In this document: positions 12,291-25,055 of the stretch, one piece after another
Layout of the letters: every line of letters begins with the position of its first letter
Position numbering within the stretch: the first letter of the stretch is position 1
DNA from: Octopus bimaculoides
Taxonomy: Eukaryota
DNA: 64,000 bases
Assembly: GCF_001194135.2 (NCBI RefSeq)
Contig: NC_068994.1
Location: 16,837,962 to 16,901,961, forward strand
Reading direction: 5' to 3'
Notes under the pieces: generated by a model
Told to the model about the DNA's origin: nothing
Seen by the model: only the letters and a program-made list of their open reading frames with translations
Databases searched by the model: none
Position numbers and translations under genes: made by a program

Positions 12291-12780
12291 TCCACCTACC
12301 ACAACAGAATTGGGATCCTAATTTAAGGCAGCGAGCTGGCAGAAATGTTAGTACGCTGGGCGAAATACTTTGCGGTATTTCATCTGCCGTTACGTTCTGA
12401 GTTCAAATTCTGCCAAGGTTGATGTAATCGACTTAATCCCTTTGTCTGTCCTTGTTTGTCCCCTCTCTGTTTAGCCCCTTGTGGACAATAAACAAATAAG
12501 AATTGGGATCCTAAATCCAAGGTGTCGTGTAAAAAGCTTTGGTGTGGGTGCTGGTGCTATGTAAAAAGTACATGAGTGCATACACACAAACACACGCATT
12601 TATATGACAGGCTTCTTTCAGTTTTTGTCTACTAAATCCACCTACAAGACTATAGTAGAAGACACTTGCCAAAGTTGCTGTGCAGTGGGATTGAACTCTA
12701 CACCACATAGTTAGGAAGCAAGCTTCTCAGCCCATGGCCATGCTTGTACCATGTAAAAAGCACACAGTATACCTTAAAGT

Positions 12781-13170
12781 GTGGAGACACAATGGCCCAG
12801 TGGTTAGGGCAGCGGACTCGCGGTCATAGGATTGCAGTTTCGATTCCCAGACCGAGCGTTGTGAGTGTTTATTGAGCGAAAACACCTAAAGCTCCACGAG
12901 GCTCCAGCAGGGGATGGTGGCGAACCCTGCTGTACTCTTTCACCACAACTTTCTCTCACTCTTACTTCCTGTTTCTGTTGTACCTGTATTTCAAAGGGTC
13001 AGCCTTGTCACAGTGTGTCACGCTGAATATCCCCGAGAACTACGTCAAGGGTACATGTGTCTGTGGAGTGGTCAGCCACTTGCACGTTAATTTCACGAGC
13101 AGGCTGTTCCGTTGATCGGATCAACTGGAACCCTCGACGTCGTAAGTGACGGAGTGCCAACAACAACAAC
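12781..13170 (+). mobile_element. tRNA-derived SINE, about 390 bp, (CAA)n tail
   Basis: A box TGGCCCAGTGG, B box GTTTCGATTCC. Near-identical copy at 62816-63205 and a 5' part at 57219-57340 (-). Confidence 0.9.
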
Positions 13171-14232
13171 CTTATAAAGTGGTTGGTTTTAGGAATGGCA
13201 TCCAGCTGTAGAAACGAAACCAAAACAGACTGTGGGACCAGGTGTGGCTCCTTGCCTTGCCAGTTCCTGTCAAGCTGTCCAACCCATGCCAGCATGGAAA
13301 ATGCATTTTAAATCACAATACTTATCTACACACATNNNNNNNNNNATTTTAAATCACAATACTTATCTACACACATATGTGTGTGTGTGTGTGTGTGTTT
13401 AAGAAGTTCACCCCACTGTGTAGGTCCAGGTTTGGTCCTACAACATTGGGAAAGTGTTTTTAACTGTAGCTTTAGTACTGTAATTTGGTAGATGGAAACT
13501 GTCTGTTTGTGTGTGTGTGAGCATGAAGTTATCATTTCTATTCTTTTGCATGAAATTGAGCTAAAAAAAAACAAAGCAGTGTTGTTATGTTTACATTGAT
13601 GGTGAACATTATGTCCCGTAGTTCTGCACTCTCAGAGCAGTAGCATATAAATCCTTTTAATCCTGAAACATATATACAATCATTATTCTTAAAAAACAAT
13701 GTTGACAGTGACTTCAAACATATATACAATCATTATTCTTAAAAAAAAATGTTGACAGTGACTTCAAAGTTTGGCCAGAGAGCTCTTGTTGGACTGCTGG
13801 CTGAAACTTCAAAGTCACTGTGAACAACACTTGTTTAAGAATGATAAATTTGTACTCTGCAAAAGTATAGAGTAACCCATCAGATTAATGTAAAATTGTT
13901 TTTATTATAACATAAAAACAAACATTAATATATGTTGTGTAGAGAGAGAGCAAAGAAGTAAATGGACTCTATATATAACCCATGCAAATGATTTGTGTAT
14001 CATGATCAAATGTTTGTGCTGTCCATTAACTCACTCCCCACTGTCAAACTGACATTGTCTCTACAGGTGCACAGTGTGCTACACATCAGATGCTGAAATG
14101 AAGGCAGAGCAATGTGAAATGAAGTGTTTTACTTACTCAAGAAAATACACTGCCTGATCTAAGAATTGAAACCATGTTCTTGCAATCATGAGCACAACAC
14201 CCTAACCACTAGGCCATGTGATTTACTTATTA

Positions 14233-15497
14233 TAAAGTACATTCCAGAAACTTTGAGACTTTAATAGAGATATTAATTTCAAAGAAGTACAAAATTCTAA
14301 TCTTCAAAATTGAGGCCTCTGACCTCAATGTATTTGTTGTAATGTTGCAGCCCCTTTGTGAATGCCCCATGGAAGTCCTCCAAAGTGAAGGTCTCCAGGA
14401 CCCTTGTCACAATCTCTATCTTTTCGATGTCTTCAAAATGACTGCCTCTGAGGTTCTCCTTCAGCTTGGGGAATAACCAAAAGTCACAGGGAGCAAAGTC
14501 TGGATTGTAGGGAAGGTGAGGGACAGTTTTGATGCCCATCTCTGCCAAGCAGTTGGTTACCAAGATAGAATTAGGGATTAGTGCATTGTCCTGGTGCAGG
14601 TGCTACTGACACAAGTGAAAGCTCTCGCCTTTTGTGATAAAATCTCTTCCTGAACTCTCAAAGCATACACAAAGTACCCTTTGTTGACTGTCTGGCCAGA
14701 GGGAACCCATTTGATCAGATGATGCTCTTGCTGTTGAAAAAAAAAAGGATCATCATGAGCTTCCAGCTGGAGTTGCTTTGCCTGGACTTCTTGAGTCTGG
14801 GAGAGCTAGGATGCTTCCAGTGAACACTGTCTCTTGGTCTCAGGATCATAACAGTAAGTCCAGCTTTCACTGCAGGTCATCAGAGACTCAAGTACCCTTG
14901 GATTGGAGGTAGTATTTCTTTCTGTTCACCATTGAGCACCTGGGCACAAACTTCACACAAATTTTGCACATGTTCAGATCTTCATGAATAATTCTGTGTA
15001 CAATTGCTACACCAAACTGTATACTTATTGTCTTTATAAGATACATGACGGTCTTCAAGAAAATTGTGAATGTTTTCAACCAGCTCTGATGTTCCTCTCC
15101 CTCTCACACATCTCACCTCATCACTACCTTTTTTGAACCTCCTCTATCAGTGAAAATCAGATGCTTGGCTCATGCAAGTTAATCCATAAGTAGTCTGGAG
15201 TATGTCATAAGTTTCTGTAGTGTTTTTGCCCAGTTTAACATAGAACATTATTGCATAGTGAGCTTCCAAATTGTCTTCACATCCCAACTGCAGCATTCTG
15301 CAAACTAGTCAGCTGTGACAAGTAGTGCTTGGTAGGGTGTGTTCAAAGTACTGTTACAGCTGTCTCCTTCAATCTAGAATTTAAAAAAAGGAGTTGGGAG
15401 ATCAGCTTATTAAATGTATATGATTGACTAAAATTACAGTAATCTAGGACAGTTATAACTGCCTCTCACCTATTCAAAAGTTCTGGAATATATGTCA
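14233..15497 (-). mobile_element. Mariner DNA transposon, near full length, degenerate
   Basis: VPHLPYNPDFAPCDFWLFPKLKENLRG (mariner YSPDLAPxD motif) at 14297-14563 and an HTH-region fragment at 14888-15079. Degenerate TIRs share attccagaa.cttt. Confidence 0.88.
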
Positions 15498-17514
15498 TCA
15501 GCGCTAAGTACTGATGTGGAACAAATGAACTCTAGGCCAGTTAAAATATATTTGTGACATATCTTAACCCACAAAGGCAAAATCACTGTAGCCATTATGG
15601 AGAAGAAAAATTCTTGCCTATGGCAGAGGTGCAAAATCACATCTGCCCAGCATCCCCATATGAACCCCTAGATGTGTCATGTAGCTCTTTAGCTTTCCTT
15701 AGTAGAAGACACTGGAGAGAGATAAGTAGTAGATTCACTGGGTGAAGATGTTGGGCAGATGTGGATGTTTGCCTTTGGAGTTTATGTGTATATATAACGT
15801 ATTTTGTAACCTCCTGTACCCAGATATGCATCTATATATACATGTAGATGTAGGTATGTATGTATATATGCATATACTCACATATTATTTATATATATAT
15901 ATATATGTAGGGACGACTGTGCGAACTCATAAAAGGAGAAATGGTGACGAATGGAAAAACAGAGGACTCCTTTTATTTAAACGTGTCACACGGTCGAACA
16001 CAAAAATATATATATCAAAGATGATATACAAAATATGTTATGCGACAATAACATAGATGACCAGTAATGAAAGACCACAACCGTATAAGATGAATAACAG
16101 AGATATTTATTATGGCNNNNNNNNNNNNNNNNNNNNNNNNNNNNNNNNNNNNNNNNNNNNNNNNNNNNNNNNNNNNNNNNNNNNNNNNNNNNNNNNNNNN
16201 NNNNNNNNNNNNNNNNNNNNNNNNNNNNNNNNNNNNNNNNNNNNNNNNNNNNNNNNNNNNNNNNNNNNNNNNNNNNNNNNNNNNNNNNNNNNNNNNNNNN
16301 NNNNNNNNNNNNNNNNNNNNNNNNNNNNNNNNNNNNNNNNNNNNNNNNNNNNNNNNNNNNNNNNNNNNNNNNNNNNNNNNNNNNNNNNNNNNNNNNNNNN
16401 NNNNNNNNNNNNNNNNNNNNNNNNNNNNNNNNNNNNNNNNNNNNNNNNNNNNNNNNNNNNNNNNNNNNNNNNNNNNNNNNNNNNNNNNNNNNNNNNNNNN
16501 NNNNNNNNNNNNNNNNNNNNNNNNNNNNNNNNNNNNNNNNNNNNNNNNNNNNNNNNNNNNNNNNNNNNNNNNNNNNNNNNNNNNNNNNNNNNNNNNNNNN
16601 NNNNNNNNNNNNNNNNNNNNNNNNNNNNNNNNNNNNNNNNNNNNNNNNNNNNNNNNNNNNNNNNNNNNNNNNNNNNNNNNNNNNNNNNNNNNNNNNNNNN
16701 NNNNNNNNNNNNNNNNNNNNNNNNNNNNNNNNNNNNNNNNNNNNNNNNNNNNNNNNNNNNNNNNNNNNNNNNNNNNNNNNNNNNNNNNNNNNNNNNNNNN
16801 NNNNNNNNNNNNNNNNNNNNNNNNNNNNNNNTCTATTTAAGGCGTTAAGGGGGCTCCAAGACGGTAGCAGAAAAACACTATCATGTGACCTTATTAAGGG
16901 CTGTGATTGGTCAGTTTGCGTTCTGGCGGGAACGGTTCGAAGAAGTTGCCAATTCGAATAATGATCAGTCACGTGATGACAAGGTTAATGTTTTCCGCTA
17001 CGTTCGCGTTTGTTTATATTTAAATGAGAAGAATGGCGATAGCAGTTTTGTATCTAATGGCAGTAGGTAGTTTCACTATATATATATATATACACATACA
17101 TACATAGCATGGAAAACGGACATTAAATGATGATAACATTACTGTAATGATCTTTGCTCTTGGAGCTGGGTGGTCTCATACCTCTACCTTTGTGTCCAAC
17201 TGTTGCTTTCTCTGCACTAATCTCTTCCCCAGAACTTTAGCCCTCAGGAATCTCTTCCCTGTAGGGATTGACCTGCAACAGTTAAAACGGAACCTTGACG
17301 GCATCAGTTCTACCAGTCTCAGAGAGCCTGCGAAAGATCATGGGCACAGGTCCTTCTTCCAGATTCAGCAGATAAAGAAAACATGTATCTTCATTTTGTT
17401 CCAAAATGCTTTATGCCATATTAAAAATAAAAATAATCTTACAGTTGGGAAGCCCAAAGAATAAATAATTTAGTGTGGAGAAGATAGATGTAATGAAAGT
17501 TGGTGATAATAGTC

Positions 17515-17710
17515 ATAGAGTGAAAACTACAATATTTTGGTTATGTTGTGAGGGGTCCAGAACCTCTATAGCTACATCCTTGGGTCTAGGTGGATGTAAA
17601 ATGATATCAAGGACTTGGAAAGGTTCTGGCAGAGTGTACGACTGAGAATTACAGCAGAGTGACTGCATTTTGTGGTGGGGAGTGATGTGAGTCTGAGACA
17701 CCCCACTGAC
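17515..17710 (+). mobile_element. LINE (RTE-like) C-terminal fragment
   Basis: LQYFGYVVRG...W..DIK motif followed by a short 3' tail. Confidence 0.5.
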
Positions 17711-17758
17711 CCTCATCTGTGAGGATGAGCATACTCATTCATTTATCCAACAGTTTAA

Positions 17759-17978
17759 CCCTTTCGTTACCAACCCGGCTGAAACCGGCTCTGGCTCTGA
17801 GTACTAATGTCTTGTTCTCATAAGTTTTGAATTAAAATCATCCACCAAACCTTAGTTACAATTTATGTTCCTAACACTAGCTTAATGATAACTAAGTTAT
17901 TTTACTAAATTCTTTGTTATATTTTAAGTAATTGAAAGAAACACAGAGCATCTCAAAATAAATACAGTAACGAACGGG
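17759..17978. mobile_element. piggyBac-type MITE, 220 bp
   Basis: TTAA|CCCTTTCGTTAC ... GTAACGAACGGG|TTAA. Confidence 0.88.
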
Positions 17979-20034
17979 TTAAGGAGGCTGCAGAGAAAAT
18001 TAACAGAATTTATTGCCAGGAACAAATTTTTTCACTGTTCTATGCAGCTGTTACTCATCAAAATCCATCATCATCATTATCAACATTTGACATCTGTTTT
18101 CCATGCTGGCATGGGTTGGACAACTTGACAGGAACTATCAAGGCCAGGGGCCATACCAAGTTCCATAGTCTGTTTTGCCTAGATTTCTACAGCTGGATGC
18201 TCTTCCTAAATCCAACCCCTTTACAGAATGTAGTGGGTGCTATTTATGTTAGTAGCACATTAGTTTTCCAGGATTCCCCTTGCTCAAACCTTATCCATTT
18301 CTAGCAAAAGATTACTGTGAATACTCAACCCTTCGCACAGTACAGCATAAATGATTTTGAGATTGAATGGAATTGGTCCCAGTACTGACTGGTACTATAT
18401 TTATTGATTGACCCCCAGGAAGATAAAAGGCTAAGTTAATCTGAGTCCAAACACAAAAAGCTGAAATAATTTACAAGGTAATTTGTCTGATGTTACAATG
18501 ATTCTGCCAATTAACTAACTGCCTTACAAGTAAATATTAAATCTCTTTTGATACCAACAGTCCCCGTGTCAAATTGATCTAAAGACTTTTCATCAAAACT
18601 TCATGTGAATATACGTTCCAAACACTAGCTTAAACCCTTTTGTTACCAAATTTCTGTTAAACTACACTGCCGTTGTTTCAATTAATTTTGAAAATGATGG
18701 AGAATTTAGTGGATAATTTTGTCATTATTAATAAACAAGAAATTTTGATGTAAGGTTTTAATTTAGATAACTTTAAATCAAGAAGTTTGTGTCATAGAAT
18801 GAGGAGTGTTCTCAGACAGGTTGGTAGGTATCAGGATTAAATTCATCCACCCATCTTCTCTGCTCACTATACCTGATAAGGTTGTGGGGGTAAAGTCCTC
18901 ATAAAGTCCTATCAGAAGCAACCATCATGAAACTTTCCAGTTGGATTCCCAAGCACGACCAACTAAGTCTATCAATATTATCCAACCATTTCTCTTTTGG
19001 TCTACTTCTAGGTCTTATGCCAGATGTCTTGGCTTGAAGAATCTGTCTTGTGATTTTTTCCTATTACATTCTAATCACATCCATAGTACTGGAGCTGTGA
19101 TCTTTCAATGCTTAAATGGCAATGTAATTTTGAGATAAAGACAGTGTATCCAGGATCTCCAGACAGTGATGTTGGATAGAGAAACGTGCCAGGTGAATCC
19201 AGCCATAAAAAAAAAGTGTATTTTAGCACAAATATAGTAACAGCAGGATTATGTCAGCACTCCACAAATTCAAGTCAATGATTTATCAGTGCCGCTTTAG
19301 CATGTGGTCTACCTCGCCCATTACACTTTATTTAATGTGCAGTCAAACCCTAAACCCAACCCAGATCAGGTAATTTCAATGTGTAAACAGATATTGCAGT
19401 AGATCACATGCTAAAGTAGCATTAAATCATCTTGCCTGGAGTGTTTATAAGGGTTAACAGGAATAAATAAAAACAACTAGTAATAGTTGAAAAAGAAAAA
19501 TTCAAATTTATTCCAGCATTGAACTGTAAATGGTTCTCTTATAGAATTCAAATTAGAAAACTCAGCACTTAATATTTTCCATCAAGAAACCTTTACTGAC
19601 AAATCATAAGCTTGTCATTTATTTAATAACATTTCTTGATATATTTTTCAGCAAACTATACTTAATACAATTTTACCTGTTACAAGTAGAATTATAACCT
19701 AAGTTAAGTTTATCTAATAAATGATGTTTTACAGCAGAATTAACCATGCATTTTTCAGACTTAGTCTTATAACAATTCAAACAGAAACAAAATATTTCAA
19801 TACAATGAAAGCTCTGAGAATTTTCCTCTTTTTCTTTCTTACCAAGGAAAATCTTTGGTTAAAGCACAACAAATTTATTTTCATCAAACCCTTAGGGTTA
19901 ACTAATATAATTTATAATTTTTTTTTTAATGTAGGTTTAGTACCCCTAAAAGTATTTTTTTTTATGACGAGAGAAAAAGTGTGTGTGGGGGGGATACATA
20001 GGAAGTTGTGACATTCATACCTTTCACAAAAACA

Positions 20035-20910
20035 TTGATAATGGTTACAAATTTTGGCACGAGGCCAGAAAGCCTGGGGAAGTGGGTAAACTGATTACAT
20101 CAACCCCAGTGCTCAACTGGTACTCACTTTATTGACCCTTGGAAGGATGAAAAGCAATGTTGACCTCGGTGAAATTTGAACTCAGAACATGAAGACAGAT
20201 GAAATACCACTAAGCACTTTGTCTGGGGTACTAACGATTCTACCAGCTCACCGACTTCACAAAAGCATTAATAATTATTTCACAGCTTGGGGAGGTGGGG
20301 ATGAGTTGATTACATCAACCCCAGTGTGTAACTAGTACTTATTTAATCAACCCCAAAAGGATGAACGGCAAAGTCAACCTTGGCGGAATTTGAACTCAGA
20401 ACATAGTGGCAGACGAAATACCATTAAGCATTTCACCTGGTGTGCTAACGATTCTGCCAACTAGCTGCCTTGACAAAAGAATTAATAATCTTTTCTACTC
20501 TAGGCACAAGTCGCAAAATTTGGGGGGAGAGGGCCAGTCGATTAGATCGACCCCAGTATGCAAATGGTACTTAATTTATCAACCCCAAAAGCTTGAAAGG
20601 CAAAGTCGACCTTGGTGGAATTTGAACTCAGAGTATGAAGGCACAAAATACCGCTAAGCATCTCGCCCGGTGCACTAACGTTTCTTATTTCTTTACTACC
20701 CACAAGGGGCTAAACATAGAGGGGACAAACAAAGGGATTAAGTCGATTACATCGACCCCAGTGTGTAACTGGTACTTAATTTATTGACCCCGAAAGGATG
20801 AAAGGCAAAGTCGACCTCAGCAGAATTTGAACTCAGAACGTAACAGCAGACGAAATACCACTAAGCATTTCGCCCGGCATGCTAACATTTCTGCCAGCTC
20901 GCTGCCTTGA
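20035..20910 (-). repeat. Head-to-tail array of family A tRNA-SINEs (about 5 units)
   Basis: Repeated units ggcagYgagctggcagaa...gagttcaaattcc...aagtaccag...ggggtcgat, separated by short AT-rich tails. Confidence 0.9.
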
Positions 20911-21999
20911 CAAAAGTATTAATAATGCAAATGAAATGTAATCACTTCAAACAAATCAACATAAAGTCACAGAATTTAACACTCATGGCATAATTACTGA
21001 AATACTTGATCCTTAAATATTTTCCTGGCAAACAATTTATTCCTTGTGTCCTTGTAATAGTATGGATTAAACTATCATATATTTAAGCATCCATCTTCTT
21101 TATCCAATATTCCTGGAGGTCATCTCCACAGAATCCTATCAGAAGCAACAATCATTACATTTTGCAGTTTGATTCCCAAGCACAAGCATCTGAGACTATG
21201 GTTAATAACCAATCATCTCATTCATGGTCAACCCCTAAGCCTCCTGCTGGTTGGTTCAGCTTGAATCTTTCAAGAGATATGATTCTTTCCTGTGGAATTC
21301 TAATTACGTCTATAGTATAGGAACTGTGACCTCCCAATGTGGAGAAGTAGTGGCTTGACTTGGAGAGAGACTCCTTGATCTCTAAAGTAAGCACCCTGTC
21401 AAGCAATGTTACACCAGAGATTCTTCAGAATGGTTGGAATACATATATACCAACTGTTAAGTTGACAAGTTGGAATGACATCCATCTATCTTCTACCCAA
21501 GAATCTAGCAGCAAGATTCTTAAAAAAAATCGCAACATAGAGTCAATAATCCTTTATTATAAATGCTAGGAACCGGAAGTGTTTTGGATTTCAGAATGAT
21601 TGCATATTTCCATCTACAATATGAGACAACTTAGAGATGGGACCAAATCTAAAACACATTATCCATTTATTTTCAGAAAGCACCATATTTTATATATATA
21701 TGTATGTATTAGTTTCAATTTACAGAAAACAAAAAACGAAGACAGGTGAAGGAACAAGTAGGTGTATCAGAAGAATGGGAAAGTCCTAGATGTTTTGAGC
21801 CTATGTTCTTTGAGAGACAGGGTTGAGAGATTGTGTAAGGATTAATGGCTCAACATGATGAAATGACTGGAAGAAGAGGGTGAGTGAAAGGGAGATAATA
21901 ACGGTGACCTGGCCAAACTAGGGTGCACATATGTAAGAATGGTGTATGTATGAGGGCGAGCACATGTGAGAGTGTGTGTGTGTGTATATATATATATAC

Positions 22000-22157
22000 A
22001 CAGTTCTATATTTAAGAGATGAGGAATTATTTACATTAGACAGATATTTCTCCTCATCTTGTTTGTTGTTAACACAACGTTTCGGCTGATATACCCTCCA
22101 GCCTTCGTCAACCTTGGGGTTAGTAGCCCGCACTCTTAACCACTACGCCATATGCCC
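22000..22157 (-). mobile_element. Inverted, internally deleted copy of the 22160-22404 element (head fused directly to tail)
   Basis: 22110-22157 is the reverse complement of 22160-22207 (46/48). 22026-22110 is the reverse complement of 22320-22404 (83/85). Confidence 0.9.
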
Positions 22158-22159
22158 GT

Positions 22160-22404
22160 GGGCATATGGCGTAGTGGTTAAGAGCGCAGGCTACTAACCC
22201 CAAGGTTCCGAGTTCGATTCACGGCAGCGACCTGATTAATAATAGTAATAATAATAATAAATAATAATAGTAACATTGTTAGGAATGAGAACCCAGGTTC
22301 GAAATTTCCCCAAGACACCTGACGAAGGCTGGAGGGTATATCAGCCGAAACGTTGTGTTAACAACAAACAAGATGAGGAGAAATATCCGTCAAATGTAAA
22401 TAAT
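22160..22404 (+). mobile_element. tRNA-headed retroposon with a Penelope-type tail containing a hammerhead-like motif
   Basis: A box TGGCGTAGTGG, B box GAGTTCGATTC, (AAT)n spacer, then CTGACGA...CCGAAACGTT. Followed by (TA)n. Confidence 0.75.
22314..22359 (+). ncRNA. Type I minimal hammerhead ribozyme-like motif
   Basis: Stem I GACAC/GTGTT, core CTGACGA+A, stem II GGCTG/CAGCC, GAAA, palindromic ACGT stem III and a GTT triplet. Confidence 0.6.
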
Positions 22405-24344
22405 GTAAATATATATATATATATATATATATAAAATTTACTGTGAGCCAAGTTCAGGCCAGCCAAAGTTTTTGTGTTAGTATCCAACTTTATATGGAAA
22501 AGTACCAAATTTGAAACATTTTTTATCATCATTCAACTAGCCAGTCTATGGCACCATTTGAGTGAGTTTTATTTTAAAGTCTCTTTTGCTGAACTGCCAA
22601 ATTATGGAGACATAAACACACTCCCAAGGCTTTAGCTGACTTGGCTGTAGTAGAAGACACTGGCCCAAACTGCTACGGAGCAGGACTGAACCCCAAAACT
22701 ACCTAGTTGCAAAGTGAGCTGCTTAACCAGTCATACCTGTGCCTACCTCTCCCTTTCTCTATATATAAACATACAAACACAGTTTTTTTCCATCTCAGAG
22801 AAAAAAAAATTACATTTAACTTAGAAGAATCTGAATGCTAAAGGATTAAATATATATTGAATTAATCATGCATCACCATGTTGTTCTGAGATCATAATGA
22901 TGTCATTACTTTATTTTTATAACAGCATTATAGGGTAGGTGTGAGAGGCCAGAATCTAACTGATTTGAACATAAAACAGAGTATTCTGGCTGGATGTGGC
23001 CAGTTTAAATGAGCTCGATAAGTGCTTTCTGGTGTTTTACACTTTTGGCACTTCTCTTACTCAAGAATCTCAGGGCCTGAAATTTCAGAGAAGGCCTATC
23101 AACTACATGATGTTACATAAGAAGGTTGAAACTAGAATAAATGAACCAGCAGCAGACTGACATTTCTACTATTCAGCTATTGTACCATCAACATTTTAGT
23201 CAGCTAACAGAACACACAGATGACCTATAATCAAAAACCATTGTCTACTCTTTCTGGAATAGTGTCCCTTGGACATTATCCAAGACTTAAATATAGTTTG
23301 AAGGAAATTTGGCTTTGACACGTAGCAGCTCAACCAAAGAGAGGGCTCATTATTGGCTAAACAGTATACATTAAAGTTTTATATGGTTCTCATCCCAAGT
23401 TTGCATTAGCTATTATGCATAGGAATATCTCTTCAAAACATCTCAAGATCAACAATAGCAAATAAAATTCTAAATATACCAATTTATCCTAAAGACGTCT
23501 ATGATTCTAATGGTATGATATATATATATATATATGTTTTACAGTTCCATTATAGGTTTTTAAATACATCTAATGTTATGACTTGAGCCTGAAAGATTGC
23601 TTGGAGACACATAGCATGTTATATAAGTCTGCCAATTTAATTTATCTTAAAGCATGAAACTATTTAGTGGCTCCTTTGTAATTGTGGATATTAAATGAGA
23701 TATATAAAATGTAATGAACAAATGTTTGCATTTACTGTCAACCATTTATAATTAACCATTGTTGAATGATAAGCTTTGAGAATTGTATGTGAGAGGAAAC
23801 TGGAGTGTGACTTTCATACTTCTTGCTATTTATATGAATGTATTAACGAAATAAATGGATATAGCTTTAACCAGAAATTCCAGGTTTCAAACTTTTATTG
23901 GGGGTTTAATTTTTCCTTACTCGAGGAAACTAGACAGAATTTACCAAATGTACTTAATATGGGCTTTTTACAAGTCAACAGATATAGCAGTTAAGAGTTT
24001 GATATAGAGTTACATTTCATGAAATTAATTTCACTCACAATGCATTTAGAAGAATAAAACCCGGATACAAAAAAAAACTACCCCTATAATTAGACCATTA
24101 ATGTTTGTTGAAATTAACAAAGACTGGCAGAGTCCTTCTTCTCATTCCCTAAAGATGTGAATTCATTCTAACAAAGCAATCATCAATCACACAAGTACTA
24201 ACCAATGACAAACTATATCATCCTTGTAGTGCCTATTAAAATCTAGGCATGCAGAAATAGCGAGAGTTAAGTGGATAAAGAGCAACATTGGTTGACAACT
24301 TTAAAACTATTGACACACATACACAGTAGTTTCAGAATGTCACT

Positions 24345-25055
24345 TTTCAGGGTACCCTAGGTATTTGTGAATACAATTTTAGCAGGCCATAAACAGAGGA
24401 CAAACTAACATTGTTTTGCAGTATACACCAAATTGTAACTTTCTTATACCTCTTTTAGGCATATCAATAGTATCAACATGACAGATTCCAATCTGACAGA
24501 GGAAATAAATGGAACTTGCAAAATATAGCAATTCCAAGACTGTCAACTTCTTGAATAAAGCTGTCTTATGCTCAGCATTGGGAAAGAGCTAGAGATCTCA
24601 TGCATGGATGTCATCCATAACCAAGGGAAAGAAACCTTCTCAGCAGTCAGACATCATCAGGACAACCAAACTTGTCCAGCAGAATAAGAACATTACCAAC
24701 CATTCCAGTGAATCAAATCAGATCCATTGGTGAACGTTCCAAAGTGGCAATCTGATATGTGGTGCACAAAGACACCCTATACAAGTCCTATAAGAAAAGG
24801 GCAGTTCATGTCTAGCAAGACTTGAGTGAACTCTGGTTATGCAACTCTACCTTAACCACCAAAACCACATGGTCTTCTAGCTGTTTTGACTACCATATCT
24901 GGAGCATTGTTAGAGACAGTAGGCAGGCAGCCAATGGCCCCAAAGCACCGAGGTATCAGCTGTCACTGTAGGAATGGTGGGCAGTTTGTGCAGGAGATGC
25001 ATGATCCTAGAATGTAGTTACTGCCATGACTACATTAGGGTCAAGGGTAGTTTTG
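24345..25055 (+). mobile_element. Tc1/mariner-superfamily transposase relic
   Basis: Decayed YKSY.KRAV/GQFMS and W...S..FDYHIWSIV fragments (cf. WPPxSPDxNPLDYxVW). Confidence 0.5.

Noticed and set aside
15986-16972. Long ORFs of 140-350 aa in the track (also at 27.3, 52.3, 57.5 and 59.8 kb)
   Set aside because: They consist mostly of N-derived X residues across assembly gaps.
22160-22235. tRNA gene (also SINE heads at 12781, 62816 and 63981)
   Set aside because: A/B boxes are present but the acceptor stem and cloverleaf do not close. These are retroposon heads.
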